64,000 nucleotides of DNA, taken from assembly GCF_006345805.1 (NCBI RefSeq), contig NC_042999.1, positions 26,226,001-26,290,000 on the forward strand, written 5' to 3'. Every line of letters starts with the position of its first letter. Position 1 is the first letter of the stretch. Of this stretch, positions 54,270 through 64,000 are shown one piece after another. The stretch comes from Octopus sinensis. Taxonomy: Eukaryota. Under the pieces are notes generated by a model. The model had not been told where the DNA came from. It searched no databases and was given only the letters and a program-made list of their open reading frames with translations. Made by a program: the position numbers and the translations under genes.

Positions 54270-54574
54270 GCACGTCAGGATTGCGGGCATAAGTCATCTC
54301 CTTCTCAGTATTACTTATTCCGACCCGCGGCTCATTTCCTGCGCTCGCGAAATTTCATCAACTAAGTGGTGGTGGAAACTTCAGTGAAGGCGTTCTTCGC
54401 CCTCGTGTACAAAAACTGGCATCAGCGTGGGATAAAAGAACTGGCCGAAAGGTGGCTGGAAAGGTTGCTGCAACACGATGGCCTCTACTTTGAATGCTAG
54501 GCTGATTTTGTTTTAACTTGACGAATAAAGTAAATATACTATCAAAATATTGCAAAAATTTTAACTTAACACAA
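54270..54574 (+). mobile_element. Mariner 3' half (plus strand)
   Basis: SPSQYYLFRPAAHFLRSRNF...GIKELAERW...HDGLYFE; ends AACACAA followed by TA. Confidence 0.75.
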
Positions 54575-55094
54575 TATATTACCATTCATAGTAACATTTA
54601 ACCCACTTCTCTCAAAGCTGCCGAATTTAAAAGATATTACTTCTCGAAGCAAAGTGTATTCCCGTGTAGCACAACTTTCACGTTTTCTTAAATCATGTAC
54701 TTGCAGTATATATTATTGTTAAATTAAGTTTCGAATTGAATGGCTGCTCTCTGTATCAAATTCTGCTGATTGACGTATTTATTATTGTAAGTAGATATAA
54801 CATTGAAGCATACTTGTGGCTTCCTCAGAGCTAATTCTCAATTCTTCTAATTCCAAAGAATTGGAATTACGTTTCTCATCTTCAACATACTAAGGAAATT
54901 TATCAATAAATACTTAGATTTTTTATAGTTTCTCCAAATGTTGCGTCAATAAACAGACTGTCTTCTGAACCAGTAGTAAAAATATCCATTTTAAGTTGTT
55001 TTTGGTTTCCTTGTAAAGGTTTATTACGAGTTTGTTATTTGCAGTTAAGGCCGAGTTATTTTGATACTTATTAAAGAAGTATTTTACACTTATA

Positions 55095-55274
55095 GGCGCA
55101 GGAGTGGCTGTGTGGTAAGTAGCTTGCCTACCAACCACATGGTTCCGGGTTCAGTCACACTGCGTGGCATCTTGGGCAAGTATCTTCTGCTATAGCCTCG
55201 GGCCGACCAAAGCCTTGTGAGTGGATTTGTTAGACGGAAACTAAATGAAGCCTGTCGTATATATGTATATATAT

Positions 55275-55325
<51 letters not shown>

Positions 55326-55495
55326 ATGTTTGTGTGTCTGTGTTTGTCCCTCTAGCATTGCTTGACAACCGATGCTGTTGTGTTTACGTCCCCGTCACTT
55401 AGCGGTTTGGCAAAAGAAACGGGGTCGATTTGCTTGACTAAAGGCGGTACTCCAGCATGGCCGCACTCAAATGACTGAAACAAGTAAAAGAGAGA
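55095..55495 (+). mobile_element. SINE family 1 with internal deletion
   Basis: Matches 3271-3690 but lacks about 40 bp (GATAGAATAAGTACT...AATAAGTCCT). Confidence 0.88.
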
Positions 55496-55631
55496 GTTAT
55501 TGAATGAGCCCCAACCTGGCTTCAGTATTTGATTGAAGTAGTAAAAGATAATGATGATAGTTTGATGTTGTTGTCATTGTTATCCTCCTCCTCCTCCTCC
55601 TCTTCCTATTTTTTCTTTTGATTATTATTAA

Positions 55632-55782
55632 GAATCGTTAACACGTCGGGCAAAATGCTTACCGGCATTTCGTTCGTCCTTACATTCTGAGTCCAAATTC
55701 CGCCGAGATCGACCTTGCCTTTCATCCCTTTGGGGTCGATAAAATATGTTCCAGTGAACAAAGTGGGTCAATGTCGTAGACC
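55632..55782 (+). mobile_element. SINE family 3
   Basis: GAATCGTTAACACGTCGGGCAAAATGC...GCCTTTCATCCCTTTGGGGTCGATAAA. Confidence 0.8.
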
Positions 55783-55882
55783 TGTCGGCTTTCCCATAAT
55801 TTCATACGTATACATGTCATTATTCTGTTTATTTCAAAAATGCTTGCCAATAGAGAAATAATCGGTTTCTAACCTAGATTCA

Positions 55883-56205
55883 GTGAGGGCGCGTGGCTTC
55901 GTGGTTAGGGCATTCGGCTCATGATCGTAAGGTTGTGAGTTCGATTCCCGGCGACGCGTTGTGTCCTTGAGCAAGACACTTTATTTCACGTTGCTCCAGT
56001 CCACTCAGCTGGCAAAAATGAGTTGTACTTGTATTTCAAAGGGTCAGCCTTGTCACTCTCTGTGTCACGCTGATTTTCCCCGAGAACTACGTTAAGGGTA
56101 CACGTGTCTGTGGAATGCTCAGCCATTTGCACGTTAATTTCACGAGCAAGCTGTTCCGTTGATCGTATCAGCTGGGACCCTCGTCGTCGTAACCGGCGGA
56201 GTCTT
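55883..56205 (+). mobile_element. tRNA-derived SINE, family 2 (head A + CORE-like block, tail X), 13-bp TSD
   Basis: A/B-box head; TAACCTAGATTCA at 55870-55882 and 56206-56218. Confidence 0.9.
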
Positions 56206-56264
56206 TAACCTAGATTCAAAGTTATTTCATTGCAATTTCAACATCAACAACAAGGTAGCTTTGT

Positions 56265-56283
56265 ATGTATGTATGTATATATG

Positions 56284-56315
<32 letters not shown>

Positions 56316-56380
56316 TGTATGTATGTTTTTTATGTATGTATGTACGTATGTATGTATGTATGTTTGTATGTACGTATGTA
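56265..56380. repeat. (TATG)n array
   Basis: Direct reading. Confidence 0.95.
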
Positions 56381-56439
56381 CAGATTTTTATGTATTCTTA
56401 TGCATATAGTTACATATCTAGACATGCTCAAATATATTT

Positions 56440-57910
56440 AAATGATAAAATTCTGAAAACTTTTACAGATGTTTGCAGTTCTGGATTGGGTCTATAGTCT
56501 TCGAATTAGCTTTCTCCATTCTGATTTTGAGACGCCTAATTTCTCCAGATTGGTATTTAGGGCCCCAATAATTATAGATATAAACCTGAACTTATAATCT
56601 GGATAGAATAACTGCAGATTTCTCAATAGTTTAGCATAGGTGTTCTCTTTTTCACCTATCTTCAGCTTTCACATCCGCTGGGCAACTAATTTCCACTACT
56701 GTGCATAGTTTTTCTACTCAATCTCAAAACATTATATCAGGTTTATTGTTTTTACATTTTACATATCAGGCCTTAAATTTTATTGAATTTTTCTCTGGTA
56801 CATTCCACCAGTATTCCTTTTCATTATGAGTGGCTATTGCTTCTACCATATTGAGGGATTTTATTTATCTGTCCTTGGGATTATCCTTCCGACAGATTTC
56901 ATTATAGAGTGCTCTAGCTACAACGTCATGCTTTATCAGTAGATGATAGCTTGATGACATTTTCGGACAACTGCTTATGATGTGGGTGATATCTTCAGTG
57001 TGAACTCCACAAAGTCTGCATCGGTTGTCACACTTTACGGCTTCTCCCGCATCTCTATCCCTTCTGTGCATCAGGCACTTGGTTGATATTTCCTGTTCCT
57101 GCATTGCAAAGGTATACTCTTCAAAGTGGGAGGTAGTAATCCAGCTATTCATCCTTGATAAACTACTTTGACGATCGATGTTGCTATCATCACGATGCTT
57201 TCTACTTACATATTCATACATATTCTTCTCCTCATATAGGCTCATTCTCTCATCTGATATTATGTTGCAGTAGAGTCGTACGACTTGTTTGGGCATGTAT
57301 TCTAGGTTATCAGACAAAGAGTGTTGCTCAATGAGCTGCCTTCCAAATCTTATGATGTTATCAGCCTCATGTATGCAAACTTGGTCAAGGGATGCACTTC
57401 GACGCTTGGTGGTTAAAAGATGTTGCCGAAGGGATATAATGCGACATTCAAAGGCATTTTGGATCGATGTTAAGCCGCTGTCGCCGTGTTTACGTTTTAA
57501 CTAGAGGAGGTCTTCGTCACTGTTTATGTGGAAATTGTGTGTTCTTATTAGTATCTTTCGGGTTTTCACATCAATGGTTTAGATCTCATCAAGCGTCCAA
57601 TCAAGCAGTCAAAATGCTGGTGTGAGTACTGGCACTGAAAACACATTGTGGGCCACTGTTTTATTGGGTGCAGAGAGTTCTAAGGTCCAAATACTCTTTA
57701 ATGACACGTATTTTGTTACAGGTTCCATTGTGTGATGTACCTAGCCTGGTTTATAACTTCCCACTTTTCATAACCATATAACAACATTTATCCTGACCAA
57801 ACTCCAACCCGACGTCCTTTGAGAATGTTGTAACTACGTCAAGGCTCTTTTTCATCACATGCATATTATTTGCATAAAGTTTTAAGTCATCCACAAAGAA
57901 ACTGTGTACG
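56440..57910 (-). mobile_element. Degraded R4/Dong-type non-LTR retrotransposon, second copy
   Basis: FVDDLKLYA, GLEFGQDKC, CRLCGVHTEDITHIISSCPKMS...KHDVVA and NKPDI...CTVVEISCPAD. Confidence 0.85.
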
Positions 57911-58031
57911 GACAGATAGACAAGAGGAGAAACAACAATTAGAAGGACAGGCAAAATACAAGACGTGTCATTCATCTCTTTCTTTCATCAGTCAAGTCCC
58001 AGAAGTCACGACCATTACGGGCAGTTACACT

Positions 58032-58126
<95 letters not shown>

Positions 58127-58165
58127 TGAGAAAGTTGGTGTGTGAAAGAACGTGGTTGAATATAT

Positions 58166-58225
58166 AGAAAATAGTAAAAAGTGAAAAAACTACAGAAGGC
58201 TTGTTTTAAAAGGTTAAAAAATATA
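58166..58225. repeat. Left arm of a perfect 60-bp inverted repeat (right arm 59674-59733)
   Basis: Compared base by base. Confidence 0.92.
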
Positions 58226-58380
58226 TTTGAGTCATTATGTCAGCAGAATGTTATAAAATTTTTTCATAACGAAGTCATAACACGATGTTTTGAGACATTT
58301 GAAAAGTTAACACGAAACCGGTAATTTCTTCAAAAACTATGTCACTGTATGAAAACATTTTATAACATTCTTCTGACATA

Positions 58381-59673
58381 AAACTTAGATAAAAACTTAG
58401 ATATGTTTCGACCAGAGATTGGTCCAGGCCATGTCTAACTTAATAGCACCACCTGATAGGATTATTCGAATCCTGTTTAAGTCAAGTTTTGTTCAAGTAG
58501 TGAGTTCTTGTTGGGTGAGTTGTATCCAGTTTTGTTCAAGTAGTGAGTTCTTGTTGGGTGAGTTGTATCCAATTATGGTGGCTTGTCTGGTATTCTTTGA
58601 AGGAATCTATCCAGACTCTGTTTGAAGTTGATGGGATCCTTTTCCTCTTTGATCTCCCTCGGGACAATGTTAAATAGGGCAGGGCCTGTTGAGGAAAAGA
58701 AATTATGTTGCAGTGTACATGTATGTTGTGATCTTGAATTTGGCAGGGGACGTATAGCCCGTGGTCCAAGTCTCGGATGAACCTTGAAGCTAATGTTTAG
58801 GTCGTTTGGGCAAAGTTGGCGGTATATTTTCCACATCGTACAAATGATGTACCGCTCACGGCGACGCTGGAGGGAGTAAAGTTTCAAGGCTTTAAGGCGA
58901 TCCCAATAGTCGAGAGCAGCCATGCCTTCAATTTGTTTAGTGAGAGCCCTCTGGGGTGACTCAATTCTGGAGATGTTTTGTCTTGTGTGAGGAGACCACA
59001 GTGGGCAGCAGTATTCAAGGTGTGGCCGTACAAAGGATGAAAAAAGTGGTATGATGACACCTTGTTCTCTGGACCGGAAAGTTCTTAAGATCCAGGAACT
59101 CATCCTACGAGCTGTATCGACCTTCTTATTGATGTGTGCGCTCCAACTGAGATCGTCATCAACAATTACACCCAGGTCTCTGATATTGTTAGAGGCTGTG
59201 AGCGGTTCCCCTGAAGGAAGAGAGTATGGTTGCTTTAGTGAGGAATTTCTTCCAAAATGCATCAGCTCAAATTTTCCCTCATTCAGTTGCATTTTGTTTC
59301 TGTCTGCCCATTGACTCACAGCATATAGGTCAGACTGGAGTTGAGTTCGGTCTGCTTCTTCATTGACGATTTGCTGGAGCTTAGTGTCATCAGCGAATAT
59401 TTTCACTTTGCAGTGATGTACGACACTGGAAAGGTCGTTTACATAAATTATGAAGAGTAGCGGACCCAAAACAGTTCCCTGGGGAACACCGCTGGTGACT
59501 TTTGCTGGGTTTGAGTGGACTCCATCAACTACAACATGTTGTGTTCTATTCTCTAGGAAATACTGAATCCAGTGTAGAACTTTTCCACGGATTCCAACAT
59601 TTGCCAATTTTGAGAGTAGGATGTTATGGTCTACCCTGTCGAACGCTTTACTGAAGTCAAGGTATATGACGTC
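58381..59673 (-). mobile_element. 5'-truncated, young-looking CR1-type LINE
   Basis: Open RT frame; 3' stem-loop GACCA-ATCTC-TGGTC and (ATCTAAGTTTT)x2 tail. Confidence 0.9.
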
Positions 59674-59718
59674 TATATTTTTTAACCTTTTAAAACAAGC
59701 CTTCTGTAGTTTTTTCAC
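58573..59718 (-). CDS. CR1-type reverse transcriptase fragment, 381 aa; first 15 codons derive from the flanking inverted repeat
   Basis: DVIYLDFSKAFDRVDH, GVPQGTVLGPLLF, IFADDTKL and VRPHLEYCCPLWSP; no endonuclease domain. Confidence 0.85.
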   Translation of the reverse strand: MKKLQKACFKRLKNIDVIYLDFSKAFDRVDHNILLSKLANVGIRGKVLHWIQYFLENRTQHVVVDGVHSNPAKVTSGVPQGTVLGPLLFIIYVNDLSSVVHHCKVKIFADDTKLQQIVNEEADRTQLQSDLYAVSQWADRNKMQLNEGKFELMHFGRNSSLKQPYSLPSGEPLTASNNIRDLGVIVDDDLSWSAHINKKVDTARRMSSWILRTFRSREQGVIIPLFSSFVRPHLEYCCPLWSPHTRQNISRIESPQRALTKQIEGMAALDYWDRLKALKLYSLQRRRERYIICTMWKIYRQLCPNDLNISFKVHPRLGPRAIRPLPNSRSQHTCTLQHNFFSSTGPALFNIVPREIKEEKDPINFKQSLDRFLQRIPDKPP

Positions 59719-62700
59719 TTTTTACTATTTTCTCTATATATATATATATATATATGGGCGCGCACGTATTTAGTTGTGTTTTTATAGACACGTACAATAA
59801 AATATGGAGTCGATCAGTGAGGCGGAACAAATATTGCAACACATGCTCCATATCCGATGCTTCTACTTGTTACATACTTGACATTTCCGTCTCTTTAGAA
59901 CATATTCTTGCCTAATGTTTATGCAAATACTTTCTAACTATGTTACACTTTCTAGCCTATGATGTAGTATGTGTTTATATGCAATTAGTTCATATCTTAT
60001 ACTCTTCTATTTTCTTTATGTAAAATCTTCTTCACCTTAAATTTTGGAGTATTGCATTAGTGGGAGTCCCTTCTCCAGTTTCATGTTTACAACGCTTGTT
60101 GATGTTCTTACCTCATGCCAACATAAATTTCTGCTCTTTGTGCGCATGACAGTTTTAATCTGTACTTCTTTTATCTGTCCCTTTTCTTATTCTTCTATCT
60201 CACTCTTCGTTTAATTCACATGATACTATTAATCTGCATCTTTACAACAACTTATCCCCGACTTTGCGTCCTCCTTCAAAACTCCTCTACTGCAATCCTT
60301 ACAAAAGCGTTTTCCCCCACGTCTTGCCATGCGCTAACACATCTACACTACTCTTAGTCTATTTCTGTTCTTATTGCGCTTTCTACTACTGCATTATCAG
60401 CATCTATCTCTCTATCGCTCTCTTACGTATCTATCTGCTTCTGCGCTCTATTTTCTTTGTATTTCGCCCAGGAGAAATAAAAATGACTGAAACAGAATGT
60501 TCACAAACAATCAGCTCATACCACTCAGTATTTTAGTTGCAATTCTTTTTTTATCAATTTTAGCTGGCTGAGAGTATCATTAGTTTCTTTGGATTCCGGA
60601 TCTTACTTAAAGAAAACAGAGTTTAGTGGAAATTTCTCGTCTTGATGATTGAAAGCACTCTGCACTCTCTTGACATCAAATAACAAAACGGAGAAGACCG
60701 GACGTTCAATTATTGATCATATTGCGTCTCGGTATCATTTTCAGCCTTAGTGAAATATTCCTTTCTTTGAAGATCAGTTCATACAATAATAACACTAATG
60801 TTGTATTGTGACTAGAGTTAATTGAAGGAACTTCCATCGATCAACTAGCTTTTACCTAAAATCGATTATAATTGATCTCAGTATGGATGTCATCACATCC
60901 AATTATTCTAATACGGTTGAAAGAAAATGCTGCGAACATGATTTCTTAAATAATGAGTGATCTAGATTTGGAAGTGTAAGGATGAAAATTTCAGGGCTAT
61001 TCTCTATTTTTAAAAATGTAGTTCTGAACAATAGGCAAGAAAGTTAATTGATAGCCTTTTTCTCTCCGTATTTATAGACTTCTATCTTTTGCTTACAAAG
61101 AAAAAAATCTCCCACTTCTATATTACTGTCGAAAGTAGACTATTTGCGACGGCCAGATAACTTTTCTAGTTTCGACATCATACAGTCAGTGACGCTTTGA
61201 TGTCGTAAGAGCTTGACCTGCAAAATTTCCATCTCAGTCAATGTAAGATAGAATGTGTTCGGATTACTCAGTTTTTGTAAACAATGCAACAACGAAGTAC
61301 ATGATAACTGCGAAGTCAATGAACGTACATCATCTTTGCACAGTCCTCAAGAAGTAGAAGCCTAAAACCACGTAAAATCGACTATATTCTCTCGGAAAAT
61401 GAATGATCTTTCATGTTGCAATGCTAGATGTCCTTAGAAAACCTTGGATAGTCACTGTCTGAATATATTTGAGCACATATTTGTTCGATCTGAATTGACC
61501 TGAGATTAAGTGTCAATAACATCATCATTTTATCGCTTTTAGCGCTTTGCTCTATTCCAGTTTTAGCGCTATGCTCGATTCCAGTTTCTTCTGTTCACCT
61601 CCTACCCTCTTAATAAATCCAATGAGGTGACCTCAGCTTAAATTATATTGTCAGCTCGATCCACCAACATCAATACGCAGGACTAGAGAGAGCATATAGG
61701 TATTCTCAATGATGTTAAAATTAGCAGCCAATCTTTCTTTTCCTCGCGTTCTAAAATCGTAAAAGGAAAATGTATTGTGAGAAATATCATAAATGCATAA
61801 AGAGGGCTGTCAAAAATGGAAAGGCTGATTTAGGGCAATCATATCACAACGACGATGACCACCGCCATTACAATCACTAGCACCACCACCACTACCACTA
61901 CGAACACTTCAACATCCACCACCACTGCCACTACCACCATCAATAAAATCTACAATAAAATAATGAAGTGCCATTTCTAACAGATCAAACGTCACAAATT
62001 CAATAGAGAACTAGAAAACTTAAATGAATGTCATTATCTGCTAATAGGAATCACAGAATTATAGTATACAGATTTAGTATATAACGCATTCCATGCATTG
62101 AAAGCTAATGGTGAATATCGTAAAGTTCCAGATGAGCTAAGACCACCAACCGTTTTATATTCTAGGTATAGAAGCTAATTTACTTTTATACCCAGTACTC
62201 CGAAGAGTATAATAAAGAGAAAACTTAAACGTCATAATCTTGCAATTCTACCTAAAATTACCAAATGGTACATCCTAGCATTCGAAGAAAGGAAGTGGAG
62301 TTGATGTTCTATCGATTGTGCCACGCCCAAAACATCTTATACAGAAATATCATTGTGATTGATTTTGATTAAAGAATAAAGTATAAATACAAGCAGTTTG
62401 AACTGAGTCATATTATATAACTGATACTATATTTATTATAGTTTCTTCATTCTTCAAACTATAACCAGCAAATTTATTCCCGGGTTAGTCAATATTAAAA
62501 GAATGAAATACTGTCTGTTATAACACACATACATGCATTGATTTCTATCACTATGAGCACAAAGATCCAATTGTTCTGGAAGCGTATAACGGTTATAACG
62601 ACACTCGAAGCTGACAAATTCTATATTTCATTAACCCCAGAAGGTTGAAAGACTATGTTGAATTTGCATGAATTCATGTATTATAAAGCAGTTTGTAAAA

Positions 62701-63311
62701 CGTATTTTAAGCCTATCATCATATACATAGTAATCTAAATGTAATCGAATCACTTTTACAAGCTAGACCACATTAAAACCAATTGAAATTATCGGTCATT
62801 GATAATGAAACAATGAGAGAATAACAAAATCAACGAAACAATATTTACTTATTTATTCCTATTTCGCTGTTTTATGCATACACAATGATACAGTCTTATT
62901 AAAAGGAAGAATCGATCGAAAATTGATTGAGATAACACAATAAGACAATACATGATTTACAGATGAGCACAAAACAAAGAAGTTGTGATCAGCTGTTAGT
63001 GCTAAGTCCTTTCTGATTTCATCTCACATATATACAACAGTAGAGTCGCTGTATGTGCAATATATGGTAGCAATAACATTCACAGTTGCACTTTACATTC
63101 TGCTGGGACAAAGGTCAATTTACATTTTGTATTCAATGAAACAAGATGGAATAGCACGGGATTGTTTTACTTTCTGGTACAGATCTACTGAACAGAGCTG
63201 ATCTAGCGTTAAAGATCATGATATCGCCTCCAACACCACAACTGATTCCAGTGATCCGCCGCCACACGCCACTGCCTTCAGGACAGCAGAGAATCAATTA
63301 TAATAATGGCG

Positions 63312-63312
63312 A

Positions 63313-63397
<85 letters not shown>

Positions 63398-63398
63398 G

Positions 63399-63469
<71 letters not shown>

Positions 63470-63657
63470 GGTGGTAGTGGTGGTGGTGGTAGTAGTAGTA
63501 GTGGTAGTAGTGGTAGTGGTGGTTGTAGTAGTAGTAGTAGTGGTAGTAGTAGTAGTGGTTGTAGTAGTAGTAGTAGTAGTAGTATAACATGAATGATATA
63601 GTAGTAGTTGCAGCAGTAGTAGCAACAGCAGCAGCAGTAGTGGTAGTAGTAGTAGTA

Positions 63658-63710
<53 letters not shown>

Positions 63711-63726
63711 ATAGTAGTAATAGTAG
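63312..63726. repeat. (TAG)n/(TGG)n array
   Basis: Direct reading. Confidence 0.96.
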
Positions 63727-63899
63727 TTTCAAATTTTAACACAAGGCCAAAATTTTCGGGGAAAGGGATAAGTAGATTACATTGAACCCAGTACTCAACT
63801 GGTACTTATCTTATCGTCTCCAAAATGACGAAAGGCAAAGACGAACTCTGCAGAACCAAAAGAAGGACGAAATGCTGCTAAGCATTTTGCCCAGTTTGC
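63727..63899 (-). mobile_element. SINE family 3 (degraded)
   Basis: GAAAGGCAAAG...GACGAAATGCTGCTAAGCATTTTGCCC is the reverse complement of the family 3 head and body. Confidence 0.7.
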
Positions 63900-63913
63900 T
63901 GTGTAGTAGTAGC

Positions 63914-63954
<41 letters not shown>

Positions 63955-63968
63955 TAATAATAATAATG

Positions 63969-64000
<32 letters not shown>
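63914..64000. repeat. (AAT)n array
   Basis: Direct reading. Confidence 0.96.

Noticed and set aside
58395-58430. GACCA/TGGTC hairpin followed by GAAACAT as a hammerhead
   Set aside because: No CUGANGA upstream; position fits the CR1 3' stem-loop.
59800-60450. Possible L1/Tx1 3' relic (SDMEHVLQY, knuckle-like) on the minus strand
   Set aside because: Single weak motif in broken frames.
61537-61584. 24-bp two-copy tandem repeat
   Set aside because: Two imperfect copies with no spacers; ordinary local duplication, not a CRISPR-like array.
63218-63742. Poly-Ser/Gly, poly-Thr and poly-Val ORFs
   Set aside because: All are frames of one (TAG/TGG)n array.

Overview
Very AT-rich eukaryotic non-genic (intergenic or deep intronic) DNA, saturated with microsatellites and transposon debris. 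The repeat repertoire (tRNA-headed SINEs, RTE/CR1/R4-type LINE fragments, Penelope-like elements, Helitrons, mariners, kb-long TA/AAT/TACA arrays) is what I would expect of an octopus or other coleoid cephalopod genome; this is inferred from recall, not from a search. No host protein-coding gene, rRNA, intact tRNA or CRISPR array is supported, and most listed ORFs are microsatellite translations. Main points of interest: (1) a well-formed minimal type I hammerhead ribozyme at 31946-31991(-) in a small AAT-anchored element, plus a second TA-anchored family of five hammerhead-like copies that all share an A6-to-U change and twice lie just downstream of Penelope coding ends; (2) a head-to-tail Helitron doublet at 42442-47175; (3) a CR1 RT fragment enclosed by a perfect 60-bp inverted repeat fused in frame to the ORF; (4) two R4/Dong-type RLE LINE copies, each next to (CATA)n in element-sense orientation; (5) back-to-back mariner 3' halves; (6) head/tail-shuffled SINEs. 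Coordinates were counted by hand, so edges of degraded elements are approximate.
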